Assembly (NCBI GenBank): GCA_965221125.1
Contig: CBDCRW010000007.1
Coordinates: forward strand, 840,846 to 904,845
Direction of reading: 5' to 3'
Origin: Alphaproteobacteria bacterium
GTDB lineage: Bacteria > Pseudomonadota > Alphaproteobacteria > UBA828
DNA: 64,000 bases
Shown here: piece after piece, positions 48,318 through 57,900 of the stretch
Layout: each line of letters opens with the position of its first letter
Position numbering within the stretch: the stretch's first letter is position 1
Translations under genes and position numbers: made by a program
Notes under the pieces: generated by a model
What the model was told of the DNA's origin: nothing
Seen by the model: only the letters and a program-made list of their open reading frames with translations
Database searches by the model: none

Positions 48318-49553
48318 ATGAGCACTGCCACGCAATCGGCCGCTATCCCCTCCGCACGACCGCAGGCAGCCGTCGTGGCCGTAGCCGGCGTGTCGATCGC
48401 GGCCGGCGTGGTGGCGCTCGCGATCGCGGTGGACGGCCGGCTGGCAGCACTGCTCGTCGTCGGCGGGCTCGCCGGCCTCGCTCTCCACCACGCGCTCTTC
48501 GGCTTCGCTTCGTCCACCCGCAGGCTTCTGCTGGACCGGCGCGGCGTCGGCGTCCGCGCGCAGCTCCTGATGATCGCTGCCGCGAGCATCGCCTTCGTGC
48601 CGCTGCTCGCGGGCGGAAGCGCATTCGGCCAGGGGCTCGGCGGCGCGCTCGCGCCCATCGGCGTCTCTGTCGCGCTCGGCGCCTTCCTGTTCGGCATCGG
48701 CATGCAGCTCGGCGGTGGCTGCGCGTCCGGCACGCTCAGTGGCGCGGGCACCGGCAGCCTTCGCATGGCGATCACCCTTGCCGCCTTCATCGCGGGCTCA
48801 GTGCTCGGCACGGCGCACCTGCCCTGGTGGATGGACCAGCCGCGCCTCTCCGCGATTTCGGTCCCCGACACGCTGGGGTGGCCCGCCGGCCTGGTGGTGC
48901 AGCTTGCCGCCATCGGCCTGCTCGTGCTCGGCGCGCTGACCCTGGAGCGGCGGCGCCACGGCGCCCACCAGCCTCTTTCCTGGAGCTCGGACGGCGACTG
49001 GCGCCAACGGCTGCTGCATGGCGGCTGGCCGCTTGCCTGGGGCGCCCTTGCTCTGGCCCTGCTGAACCTCGCGACGCTACTGATCGCGGGTCATCCATGG
49101 AGCGTCACCTGGGGCTTCGCGCTCTGGGGCGCCTCGCTGGCCGATGCCTTGGGCTTCGGCATTGCCGAGTGGACCTTCTGGCAGTGGCCGGGCCCGGCAC
49201 GAAAGCTTGCCGCCGGGGTCGAGCAGGACACCGTGTCGGTGATGAACGTGGGCCTCATCCTCGGCGCGCTGCTCGGCGCTGCGCTCGCCGGCCGCTTCGC
49301 TCCCAAGCGCCGGATCAGCGCCGGGCACGTCGCGAGCGCCGTGATCGGCGGCCTGTTGCTCGGCTACGGGGCACGGCTGGCCTTCGGCTGCAACATCGGC
49401 GCGCTCTTCAGCGGCATCGCGTCCGGCAGCGTGCACGGCTGGCTCTGGCTGCTCGCAGCCCTCCCTGGCGCGTGGTTCGGCGCGCACCTGCGCCCCCTGT
49501 TTGGTCTTGATAACGGCGGCCACGTACCGGCCGCAGAGGGATCCCGCACATGA
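48318..49553 (+). CDS. YeeE/YedE thiosulfate/sulfur transporter family protein
   Basis: FGIGMQLGGGCASGTL and GYGARLAFGCNIG. Confidence 0.92.
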   Translation: MSTATQSAAIPSARPQAAVVAVAGVSIAAGVVALAIAVDGRLAALLVVGGLAGLALHHALFGFASSTRRLLLDRRGVGVRAQLLMIAAASIAFVPLLAGGSAFGQGLGGALAPIGVSVALGAFLFGIGMQLGGGCASGTLSGAGTGSLRMAITLAAFIAGSVLGTAHLPWWMDQPRLSAISVPDTLGWPAGLVVQLAAIGLLVLGALTLERRRHGAHQPLSWSSDGDWRQRLLHGGWPLAWGALALALLNLATLLIAGHPWSVTWGFALWGASLADALGFGIAEWTFWQWPGPARKLAAGVEQDTVSVMNVGLILGALLGAALAGRFAPKRRISAGHVASAVIGGLLLGYGARLAFGCNIGALFSGIASGSVHGWLWLLAALPGAWFGAHLRPLFGLDNGGHVPAAEGSRT

Positions 49554-50314
49554 CCGCGACCGTAAGCACGACTCCCCGCTCTCCCCGCCTCCAGCGCCTG
49601 CGCAAGGCGCTGCCGCGATTCCTGCTGCTGGCTGCAGTCGTCGTCGGCATCGTCTTCGCCGTGCTCAACCGGGACAGCATCGATTCGGCGGCGCTCGAGA
49701 CCTGGATCACCCAGTTCGGCCCGTGGGCGCCGATCGTCTTCTTCTGCGCCTACGTGCTGGCCACGGTGCTGTTCCTGCCCGGCCTGCTGTTCACGCTCGC
49801 GGCCGGCGCGCTCTTCGGCCCTTACGTGGGTACGCTCATCGCGCTGATCGGCGCGACGGTGGGCGCCACCATCGCCTTCCTGATCGCGCGCTACGTGCTG
49901 GCCGACTGGATCGCCGCGCGCACGCCGGCGCGCGTGCAGCGGGTAATCGAGGGCGTCGAGGACGAGGGCTGGCGCTTCGTCGCCATGACCCGGCTGATCC
50001 CCTTCATCCCTTTCAACGCGCTCAACTACGCGCTGGGGCTCACCCGCATCCGCCTCGTGTCCTACGCCCTGGCGTCTGTCGTCTTCATGGCGCCGGGTGC
50101 GGCGGCCTACGCCTATCTCGGCCATGCCGGGCGTTCGCTCGCGACCGGGGACGGCGACCTGGTTCAGAACGCGCTGCTCGGCCTCGCGGTCCTCGGTCTG
50201 ATCGGCTTCATGCCGCGCCTCATCAAGCGCTTCGTGAAGGGCCGCAAGGGCGCCGCAGAGCAGGCAGAGGCGCCGGCGGATACAGCAGGCGAAGCGCGGC
50301 CAGGATCGCCGTGA
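49550..50314 (+). CDS. TVP38/TMEM64 (DedA-like) membrane protein
   Basis: FLPG..TLAAGALFG..G, AFLIAR, RLIPFIPFNALNYALG. Confidence 0.92.
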   Translation: MTATVSTTPRSPRLQRLRKALPRFLLLAAVVVGIVFAVLNRDSIDSAALETWITQFGPWAPIVFFCAYVLATVLFLPGLLFTLAAGALFGPYVGTLIALIGATVGATIAFLIARYVLADWIAARTPARVQRVIEGVEDEGWRFVAMTRLIPFIPFNALNYALGLTRIRLVSYALASVVFMAPGAAAYAYLGHAGRSLATGDGDLVQNALLGLAVLGLIGFMPRLIKRFVKGRKGAAEQAEAPADTAGEARPGSP

Positions 50315-51344
50315 ACACCACCATCGCGCCAGCCTGATGCGCGGCGCCGAGCGGCACCGGCACAAAGGTGAGCAGCGTGGCGACCCCGAGAACGAACTGA
50401 ACGAGCACAGCCGCCGCCGCCGCGTGGAGCACGGCGCGCGCCGGCGTCGCTCCCATCCAGCGTAGCGCGGCGACCCAGATCAGGATGACCACGAGCGCGG
50501 TCAGCATCGCCAGCAGGCGGTGGTCCAACTGCACCAGCGGCACGTTCTCGAAGAAGTTCCGCCACAGCGGCTCGATCAGGAAGATGTCGGGCGGCACGAC
50601 GGCGTCGGCCATGAGCGGGAACGTGTTGTAGGCGAGCCCTGCGTCGTTGCCGGCGACGAAGGCGCCGGAAAGGATGGTGAGGAACACCAACCCTGTCGCG
50701 CCCCAAAGAGCGCTGCGCCAGCGACCTGCGCGACGGACGCGCTCGACCGCAGCTCCCATCAACAGGCCGAGCGCGATCCAGATCAGGCAGCCGTAGATCG
50801 CCACCGCGAGGCCGAGGTGGGCGGCGAGCCGGTAGGGGCTCACGTCCGGGCGGTCCACCAGCCCGCTCTTGACCATGTACCAGCCGAGCAGCCCCTGGAG
50901 GCCGCCGAGGATACCGATGGCGAGAATCTTAAGGGCGAGCGGGCGGTCGAACGCGCGGCGGATCAGAAACCAGACGAAGGGCAGCGCGAAGGCGATGCCG
51001 ACGATCCGGCCAAGCAGGCGATGCGCGTACTCCAGCCAGAAAATCTCCTTGAACGCGCCGAGGGTCATGCCCCGGTTGATCTCCTGATACTCGGGGAAGC
51101 GCTTGTAGTCGGCGAAGAGCGCCTGCCATGCCTCCTCGCCGAAGGGCGGCAGGACGCCGACGAGCGGCCGCCAGTCCACGATCGAGAGGCCGGCGTGGTT
51201 GAGGCGCGTGATCCCGCCGAGCACCACCATCGCCAGCACCAGCCCGGCGAGCGCGAGCAGCCAGCAGGCGACGGCGCGTTGCTGCCGTGCGCGTTCATCG
51301 GACGCGCCGCCTTGCCGGGCGGGCCGGAGGGCCGCTGCGTCCAC
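50223..51344 (-). CDS. ctaA: Heme A synthase (COX15/CtaA)
   Basis: GGITRL..GLSI..W, EYAHRLLGR, GWYMVKSGL, RLAAHL, YNTFP, HQAGA. Confidence 0.93.
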   Translation of the reverse strand: MDAAALRPARQGGASDERARQQRAVACWLLALAGLVLAMVVLGGITRLNHAGLSIVDWRPLVGVLPPFGEEAWQALFADYKRFPEYQEINRGMTLGAFKEIFWLEYAHRLLGRIVGIAFALPFVWFLIRRAFDRPLALKILAIGILGGLQGLLGWYMVKSGLVDRPDVSPYRLAAHLGLAVAIYGCLIWIALGLLMGAAVERVRRAGRWRSALWGATGLVFLTILSGAFVAGNDAGLAYNTFPLMADAVVPPDIFLIEPLWRNFFENVPLVQLDHRLLAMLTALVVILIWVAALRWMGATPARAVLHAAAAAVLVQFVLGVATLLTFVPVPLGAAHQAGAMVVFTAILAALRLLYPPAPLPALRRPCGPSRSA

Positions 51345-51379
51345 GTCGGTTTCGGGAGGAGCCGGCGGCGACTGCGGTG

Positions 51380-52684
51380 CTAGCCGCCGGGGGGCTGGAC
51401 AGGCTGGGCGGTATCCCCTGCCCCGTCCGCGCCACCTGCCGCACCCGTTCGGACACGCCTGGGATACCGATTTGCCACGTAGTCCGCGACGATCTTCTGG
51501 AACTCCTCGGCGATGCCCGCGCCCCGCAGCGTCACGGCCTTCTTGCCGTCGATGAAGACCGGCGCCGCCGGCGCCTCTCCCGTTCCCGGCAGGCTGATTC
51601 CGATATCGGCATGCTTGCTCTCGCCGGGCCCATTGACGATGCAGCCCATCACGGCGAGCTGCATGGTCTCGACCCCGTCGTAGGTCTCGCGCCAGACCGG
51701 CATCTGCCGTCTCACGTAGTCCTGGATGCGCTCAGCGAGCTCCTGGAACACGGTGCTCGTCGTCCGCCCGCAGCCGGGGCACGCCGCCACCAGGGGCACG
51801 AAGGAGCGGAACCCCATGGTCTGCAGAATCTCCTGCGCGACGATGACCTCCTGCGTGCGGTCACCGCCGGGCTCAGGCGTGAGCGAGATGCGGATGGTAT
51901 CGCCGATGCCTTGCTGGAGCAGGACCGAGAGCGCGGCGGTGGACGCCACGATGCCCTTGGAGCCCATGCCCGCCTCGGTCAGCCCGAGATGCAAGGCATA
52001 GTCGCTGCGCCGGCCGAGCTCGCCGTAGACGGCGATCAGGTCCTGCACTTGCGAGACCTTGGCCGAGATCACGATCTTGTCGCGCGCGAGCCCGATGTCC
52101 TCGGCCAGCGCGGCGCTGCGCAGCCCCGACTCGACCAGCGCCTCGCGCATGACCCCCGCAGCGTCCTTGGGCTCGGGCCGGGCCGCGTTCTCGTCCATGA
52201 GCTGGGCGAGCAGATCCTGGTCGAGGCTGCCCCAGTTCACGCCGATCCGCACCGGCCGGTCGTGCTTGAGCGCGACCTCGATCATGGTCTGGAACTGGCG
52301 GTCGCGCTTCTCGCGGAAGCCCACGTTGCCCGGATTGATCCGGTACTTGTCGAGCGCTTCGGCGCAGGCGGGATACTCGGTGAGCAGCCGGTGGCCGTTG
52401 TAGTGGAAGTCGCCGACCAGCGGCACGCGGCAACCCGCCGCCTCCAGCCGCTCACGGATGTCGGGCACAGCGGCGGCGGCCTCGGGCGTGTTGACCGTGA
52501 TGCGCACGATCTCCGAGCCCGCCTCGGCCAGCGCCTTGACCTGATCCGCCGTGGCGCGGGCGTCTTCGGTATCGGTGTTGGTCATGGACTGGACGACGAT
52601 GGGCGCGCCGCCGCCGATCGTGACCGTTCCGACCCTCACGCCGACGCTCTCGCGCCGTTCCTCACCGGAGCCGTTCGTCGCCAT
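51380..52684 (-). CDS. ispG: HMBPP synthase (flavodoxin-dependent)
   Basis: [47 protein letters not shown]. Confidence 0.97.
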   Translation of the reverse strand: MATNGSGEERRESVGVRVGTVTIGGGAPIVVQSMTNTDTEDARATADQVKALAEAGSEIVRITVNTPEAAAAVPDIRERLEAAGCRVPLVGDFHYNGHRLLTEYPACAEALDKYRINPGNVGFREKRDRQFQTMIEVALKHDRPVRIGVNWGSLDQDLLAQLMDENAARPEPKDAAGVMREALVESGLRSAALAEDIGLARDKIVISAKVSQVQDLIAVYGELGRRSDYALHLGLTEAGMGSKGIVASTAALSVLLQQGIGDTIRISLTPEPGGDRTQEVIVAQEILQTMGFRSFVPLVAACPGCGRTTSTVFQELAERIQDYVRRQMPVWRETYDGVETMQLAVMGCIVNGPGESKHADIGISLPGTGEAPAAPVFIDGKKAVTLRGAGIAEEFQKIVADYVANRYPRRVRTGAAGGADGAGDTAQPVQPPGG

Positions 52685-52756
52685 CGTCGCTCCCTCAGCC
52701 GGCCGAGGTGGTCATCGGCCGCTCTCTACCACAGACCGTACATGCCGGCCACCGCC

Positions 52757-53218
52757 CTACCCCAGCACCGTCTCCCTCGCGCGGTGGAGGAAGGCCGTGG
52801 CGGAGGCGATGGTCTTCTCCGGGCACTCGACCAGGTCCGCGTGGCCGATATCCTCGTAGACGATCGCCTCGCAGCCCGGCACGTTGTCCACCACCCACTG
52901 GGCGCCGGCCCCGTCCGGCCCCGTCAGCATGGGAGTCAGCATGTCCTTGGCCGCGGTGATGACCAGCGTCGGGTTCTTGATCTGCTTGCAGTCCTCGCGC
53001 AGGTCCATCTCCTCCATGGCGATGCAGGCCTGGACCACGGTCTCCACCGCGTTGAGGCCTACGATGGTGCGCACCATCTCGATCAGCGGCTGGCCGTTGG
53101 GGCCGTCGAGAAAGTCGGCGCCGACGGCTTGGGTCACCACGTGATCGGCGAATTCGGGGCCGCAACCCCAGGTCTGCGCCATGTGGCGCCAGGTGCGGAA
53201 CATGATCCGGCGCATGGT
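52757..53218 (-). pseudogene. 5'-truncated alpha/beta hydrolase (C-terminal half only)
   Basis: PTLVI..KD..TP (Asp) and IGH (His) present, GxSxG half missing; abrupt change to AT-richer DNA at about 53220. Confidence 0.75.
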
Positions 53219-53602
53219 GTGAGTCCCTAATCGAATTCCGTGGAGTGAATCATCGACTGGGGAGGGTCGCTTTCTCTCTCAACTATCCGTTATACTGCAG
53301 GTGCTTGTGAGTTTGTGCAAGTGGAATGTAGCGGTTCTTACCCGATATAAAAATTGGTCGTGCCGGGAGCCTGGTTGCAATTTGGGAACAAGGGGCGTAT
53401 GTCTGGAGTAGTCGATCTGTCGCGACGGAGGCTGTACGGTGGAAAGTCATTTGAATAGGGGCGACAGGGCAATGGCATGGGCCGACGTATCAGATCGGCA
53501 GTGCGCGATCTGCATTATATGGAAATTTGAAGGTGAGTGGGACCGGATTGCGGGCCCGACAAGGCGCGTCGGGCCGTGTTGCACTGTCTGCGGAGCGCCC
53601 TC

Positions 53603-53986
53603 ATGAGCCGCCGGACGGCGGAGCGCCGCACACAGCACGCGGTCATGGCGACATCGAGCGAATGGGCGCGCATCCGCGAGCTTGCCGCAGACGCGGGCAT
53701 GGATATATCGCGCTACATCGTGCACAGGGCGACCGTGCCGGACCCGCTGCCCGATACCGTTCTGCACCGCGCGGCGCGCGAGCTTCTGCTGCTCGCGAAG
53801 ATCGAGGAGCAGCGCATGGCCGACATGGGACTGGATGAGCGCTGGAAGGCTTTGGGGGATGCCGTCGATGCCTGGCTCGACCGGGAGGTCGAGCTCGACC
53901 GGCTGACCGATCCGGGCGCCACTGAGCGCTGGCGGGCGGTCTCGGTGAGCGCCGATCCCGAGGGCGGCCCCGTGCCGCAGCCCTGA
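53603..53986 (+). CDS. Ribbon-helix-helix (MobC/MobA-like) protein 1
   Basis: RTQHAVMATSSEWARIRELAADAGMDISRYIV. Confidence 0.72.
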   Translation: MSRRTAERRTQHAVMATSSEWARIRELAADAGMDISRYIVHRATVPDPLPDTVLHRAARELLLLAKIEEQRMADMGLDERWKALGDAVDAWLDREVELDRLTDPGATERWRAVSVSADPEGGPVPQP

Positions 53987-53989
53987 GCA

Positions 53990-54310
53990 ATGGCGAGCGT
54001 GGTGCGCCGCACGCTGCGCTGCAGCAGGGCGGAGAGGGCCGAGATCAGGGACCGCGCGGCGGCGCTCGGCATGCCGGTCTCGGGATACCTGGTTGCCTGC
54101 GCGCTGCACGAGGACGCGGGCGGGACGCGCGGGAATGAGCCGCGGCTGGTGCTGTCGGAAGAGCAGCAGCGGACCCTGTACGCGCGGGTGGAGGAGATGG
54201 ACCGTGTGCGCCGCGCGCTGGGCGAGTCGCTGTCGGGCACCGGCCTTTCCGTGTTCGGGGCGATCGCCTTCATACAGCACGCGATCCAGTCGCGCCGGAG
54301 CGGCCCGTGA
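53990..54310 (+). CDS. Ribbon-helix-helix (MobC/MobA-like) protein 2
   Basis: RRTLRCSRAERAEIRDRAAALGMPVSGYLV. Confidence 0.75.
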   Translation: MASVVRRTLRCSRAERAEIRDRAAALGMPVSGYLVACALHEDAGGTRGNEPRLVLSEEQQRTLYARVEEMDRVRRALGESLSGTGLSVFGAIAFIQHAIQSRRSGP

Positions 54311-54753
54311 TGGCGGAGCGGCGCGCGGCGCCCCGGGCGCGGATTGCGATCTCGTGCCTGGAGTCCGAGTGGGAGCGCATCCGCGAGGTCGCGGACAGCC
54401 GGGGCGTATCGATCAACGACCACGTGATCTCGGCGGGGCTGAACGTGGAACTCGACCCCGCGCAGACGGACGCGCCGGCCCTGGTGCTGAGCGAGGCGGA
54501 ACAGCGCCGGCTGCTCGACCGTGTGGACCGTCTGGCCGAGAGCATGCTGTCGGCATCCTCCGGAGGCTCGATCGAACGGCTGCGGCAGTCGGTCGAGCTG
54601 CTGCTCATGACGACGTTGGACGACCTCGTACTGCACAGCCGGGAGCACGAGCTCGGGCCGCTGCTGGTGGCGGTGTTCGGCCCCGACGCCGGGCCGGTGG
54701 TCGAGCGGCAGTTCCGGGAGTGGATGGCGCACAAGCCGCCGCTGCTCGGTTGA
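54307..54753 (+). CDS. Ribbon-helix-helix (MobC/MobA-like) protein 3
   Basis: RIAISCLESEWERIREVADSRGVSINDHVI; shares LVLSE.EQR.L..RV with protein 2. Confidence 0.72.
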   Translation: MMAERRAAPRARIAISCLESEWERIREVADSRGVSINDHVISAGLNVELDPAQTDAPALVLSEAEQRRLLDRVDRLAESMLSASSGGSIERLRQSVELLLMTTLDDLVLHSREHELGPLLVAVFGPDAGPVVERQFREWMAHKPPLLG

Positions 54754-54766
54754 CCGGCGCTGCCGT

Positions 54767-54948
54767 CGTCCTCGGACGCGTCCTCGGACGCATCCTCGGA
54801 TGTTGCATCCATGCCTATCCGCTTGTCACATACACCCGCTAGGGATGGGTGTGGGGCAGCATGGACATGAGTGGAAGCCTCCTACATGTGGTGGCTGTCT
54901 GCGCTGACCGGATAGGCATGGTTGCATCCTCGGATGCGTCCCCGGACG
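54767..54948. repeat. Five 12-bp palindromes flanking an 18-bp inverted repeat (candidate oriT or operator array)
   Basis: CRTCC-YC-GGAYG at 54767, 54779, 54791, 54925 and 54937; inverted repeat 54804-54821 / 54909-54926 (17/18). Confidence 0.8.
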
Positions 54949-54982
54949 GCGAGATGCAGGCGCCCATCCCGGTTGCCGTACC

Positions 54983-57900
54983 TCACATGCTGAGTCCTTT
55001 GCCGTGAGAGTACCCAAGGTCCTGTTTCAGGGTCTGCTCCTCGACCTCCTTCTGCGGTGCGAGTTCGCGCGCCCGCCGGGCCTCGTCGGACCACGCGGCG
55101 CGGAAGCAGCCGCGCGCGGTGACCTCGTCTGCGGTGCGCTGGATCGAGGCGCCGGGCTCCGGCGCGCCGGAACCTGAGGCGCTTATCACCCGCAGCCCCA
55201 GCTCGTGCTCGTCGGAGACCCCGGTCCGCGTGGCGACCACGGCCTCGACCGTGCGCACCTCTTCGCTCCGGCCGGCGGCCTCGGTCCAGGCGATGCGGTC
55301 GCCCGCGACGGGCTCGGGACAGGCGAGCCTGCAGGCGGCGCTGGGCACGGAGTACTGCCGGGCAGCCTCCAGCTGCCTGAGCCCCTCGTCGGACCACTCG
55401 GCGCGGGCGCATCCGGCGTCCCGCAGGGCCTGCGCATGGATCTCGACGATCCGGCCCGTATCGCCGGGAGCGGCGCCGTCCGCCGGCCCCACGATCCTCA
55501 CCAGCAGCGTGTCGCCCGCGCGCACGCCGCCCGTCTCTCCCGGGAACGCCACAGCCGCCTGATGCATCGTCTCGCCTGCGCGCCAGGCGATGCGGTCGCC
55601 CGCGACCAGCGGCTCGTCGCCGGTCCATACCGCCCATTGCTCTGGCGCAGGCGAGCGGGCGAGCAGCGCGGTTTCCTGCCCGATGGCCGACCTCACGGCG
55701 GGCAGGTGCGCGGCCTCGCGCAGGGCCTCGGGGAGGGTCTCGGAGACAACCTCGGAGAAACCGGCCATGCCGGCATCCTGTTCCCGAGGCATGGTGAGTT
55801 TCCGCGCCGAGGCGAGCTCTTCGTTCCAGCCCCGGTCGCGGTCGAGCCACGCGGCCGCCTGATGGCGTGCCGCTTCCGGCAAGGCCGCGCGGCTCGTGAG
55901 GGTCTGCGCCATCGCGGTCGCCTGGGCGTAGCCCTCGGCGTGGAGTGGCAGCGTTTCCTGCCGTCTGGCCCGCCCCTCGACCCTGGCAGCAAGCTTGCGG
56001 AAGTCTGCGACCTCGTCACGCAGTTCCAGGACCTCCAGGCGGCCCAAAACCTCCTTCACGCTGGCCTGAAGCCGCGGCATGTCGGCAAGCCTGGCTGCGG
56101 CCTGCGTCTCCCGGCTGTCGGCCGGTGACTCGCCCAGAAGGGTCCGGGCGGTCTCGCGAAGCTCCTGCGAACTTTCCCGCCAGACCGGGACCGCATCCGG
56201 CGACGGAGGCTCGACGGTGCCGCGCCCTTCGTCCAGCGCCGCGCGCAGATCCAGGTGCCGCGTTCCTTCTTCGATGAAGGCGTTGACGGGGGCGATCTCG
56301 GCCTCCACACGGGCGGCACGGGCGAGCACCGCGTCGACCGCCTCCCGCGCCTCCGGTGCGAGGCCCGCCTCGCCCCGAAGCGCCTCGGCGCGAGCCCGCA
56401 GGGACTGCCATGCCGGCAGGTCGGCCGGATCGCAGTGCGCCTCAAGGCCCTGCCGAGCGATGCTCCGGTCGAGCTCCATGAACGCCCGCGACCGGAGCGC
56501 CTGCACTTCCACCCCCAGCGCGTCCACCGCCTCGCGCACTTGTTCGCGTTCGTCGGCCGCGCGGGACAGGCGCGCACGCGCCGGATCGTCGAGCTTCGCG
56601 CCCTCGCCCTCGCCGAGCAGCCGCAGTCCCTCGCGGCGAAGTGTTTCGGCCGCGTCGATCCGCGGGTCCAGGTCTTGCCCCGCCGTCGCGGCCGCCTCCA
56701 GGCAATGCCGGCAGTCGCGCAGGAACGCCTCGATCCGGCGGCCGGCCTCAAGCTCGTCCGGGGTGAGCCGGTGCACCGTTTCCGGGGCAGGCGGCTCGAT
56801 GGTCGGGACCCACGCCTCCACCGTCCGGCGGACGGCCTCGGGGAGCTCGTGGCGCCCCAGCGCCTCCGCCCGCTGCGCCAGCCCCGCCGCCCCCGCCATC
56901 CGGCCGGGGTCGATCCCCAGCCTCTGCGCCTCCGCCTCGTGGCGGGCGGCCGCGTCGCGGAGTTGCTCTCCCTCGTCGAGCCGGAAGCCCTGCGCGATCC
57001 GTCCCAGAGCGGCCGCGATCCGCCCGATGAAGCCGGGGGTCTCCTGCATCCGGCGCCCGGTTTCCTCAAGCGCCGCGCCCTCGGCCCGCCACGCCGCATG
57101 CTCAGGAAGCGCGGATACCGCCACGCCGCGCTCCTCCGCCGCCCACCTGAGGAGGGGTTGTTGGCGGCAGTGCATCTCCGCCTCGTGCACGAAGGCCAGC
57201 GCGTCACGCCGCCGTTCCACGATCCCGGTGTCGCGCCGGCGCACCTCGTCGACGAAGCCCCGCATCTCGGGCGGCAGAGCCGGGCCGGCTGCAAGCGTGT
57301 GTACGCCGGTCACGATCCGGGCATAGCCGTCCATCCGGTCGAGCGCGGTACGCTCGGCCTCGGCCTGCGCCACGAGGGCGCGCCAGTCGTCCCGCAGCTC
57401 GCGCAGCATCCCGATGGTTGCATCCGCCGGGCCGTGGTCGTCGTCTCCCACGGCCTCCAGCGCCGTCATGCGGATGTGCCGGTTCTCCTCCAGCGCCTCC
57501 TCCAGATTCTCGCGGCTGTCGGTCACCAGCACGAAGCGGTCCCGCGCCCGGCTCGCCTCCACGTAGAGACCCGCCTGGCCGGTCAGACGGCCGTGCCCGG
57601 TATCCAGAACGCCGATCGCCGCATCCCGCGTCATTCCCTGCGCCCCGTGCACCGTCGTGCTCCAGGCGTGGTCGATGTGGCGAAGCTGCGGGTCGTCGCG
57701 GGAAAGCGACAGCCGCTTGCCGCCGCCGAGGTCGAACCGCACCCGGCGGGCGTCGATCCCCACCACTTCTGCCTCCCCGCCATTGACGAGGCCGTGCCGC
57801 TTGTCGTTCCTGGTCCAGCGGACCCGGTCGCCCGCCCGGATGCGGATGCGCGCCGTCTCGTAGATCCCGAAGCGGTAGCGCACCCAGCTGTCGCCAGGCC

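Noticed and set aside
53221-53260. Possible IS terminal inverted repeat at the junction
   Set aside because: No partner repeat or transposase was found in the window.
53280-53310. IHF-site-like sequences
   Set aside because: At least two mismatches to WATCAR-N4-TTR; not distinguishable from chance.
54767-54802. Tandem 12-mers as a CRISPR array
   Set aside because: Units are too short, there are no spacers, and no cas genes are present.
54270-54812. Minus-strand ORF with a DASE repeat
   Set aside because: It merely translates the 12-bp palindrome array and overlaps RHH gene 3 antisense.
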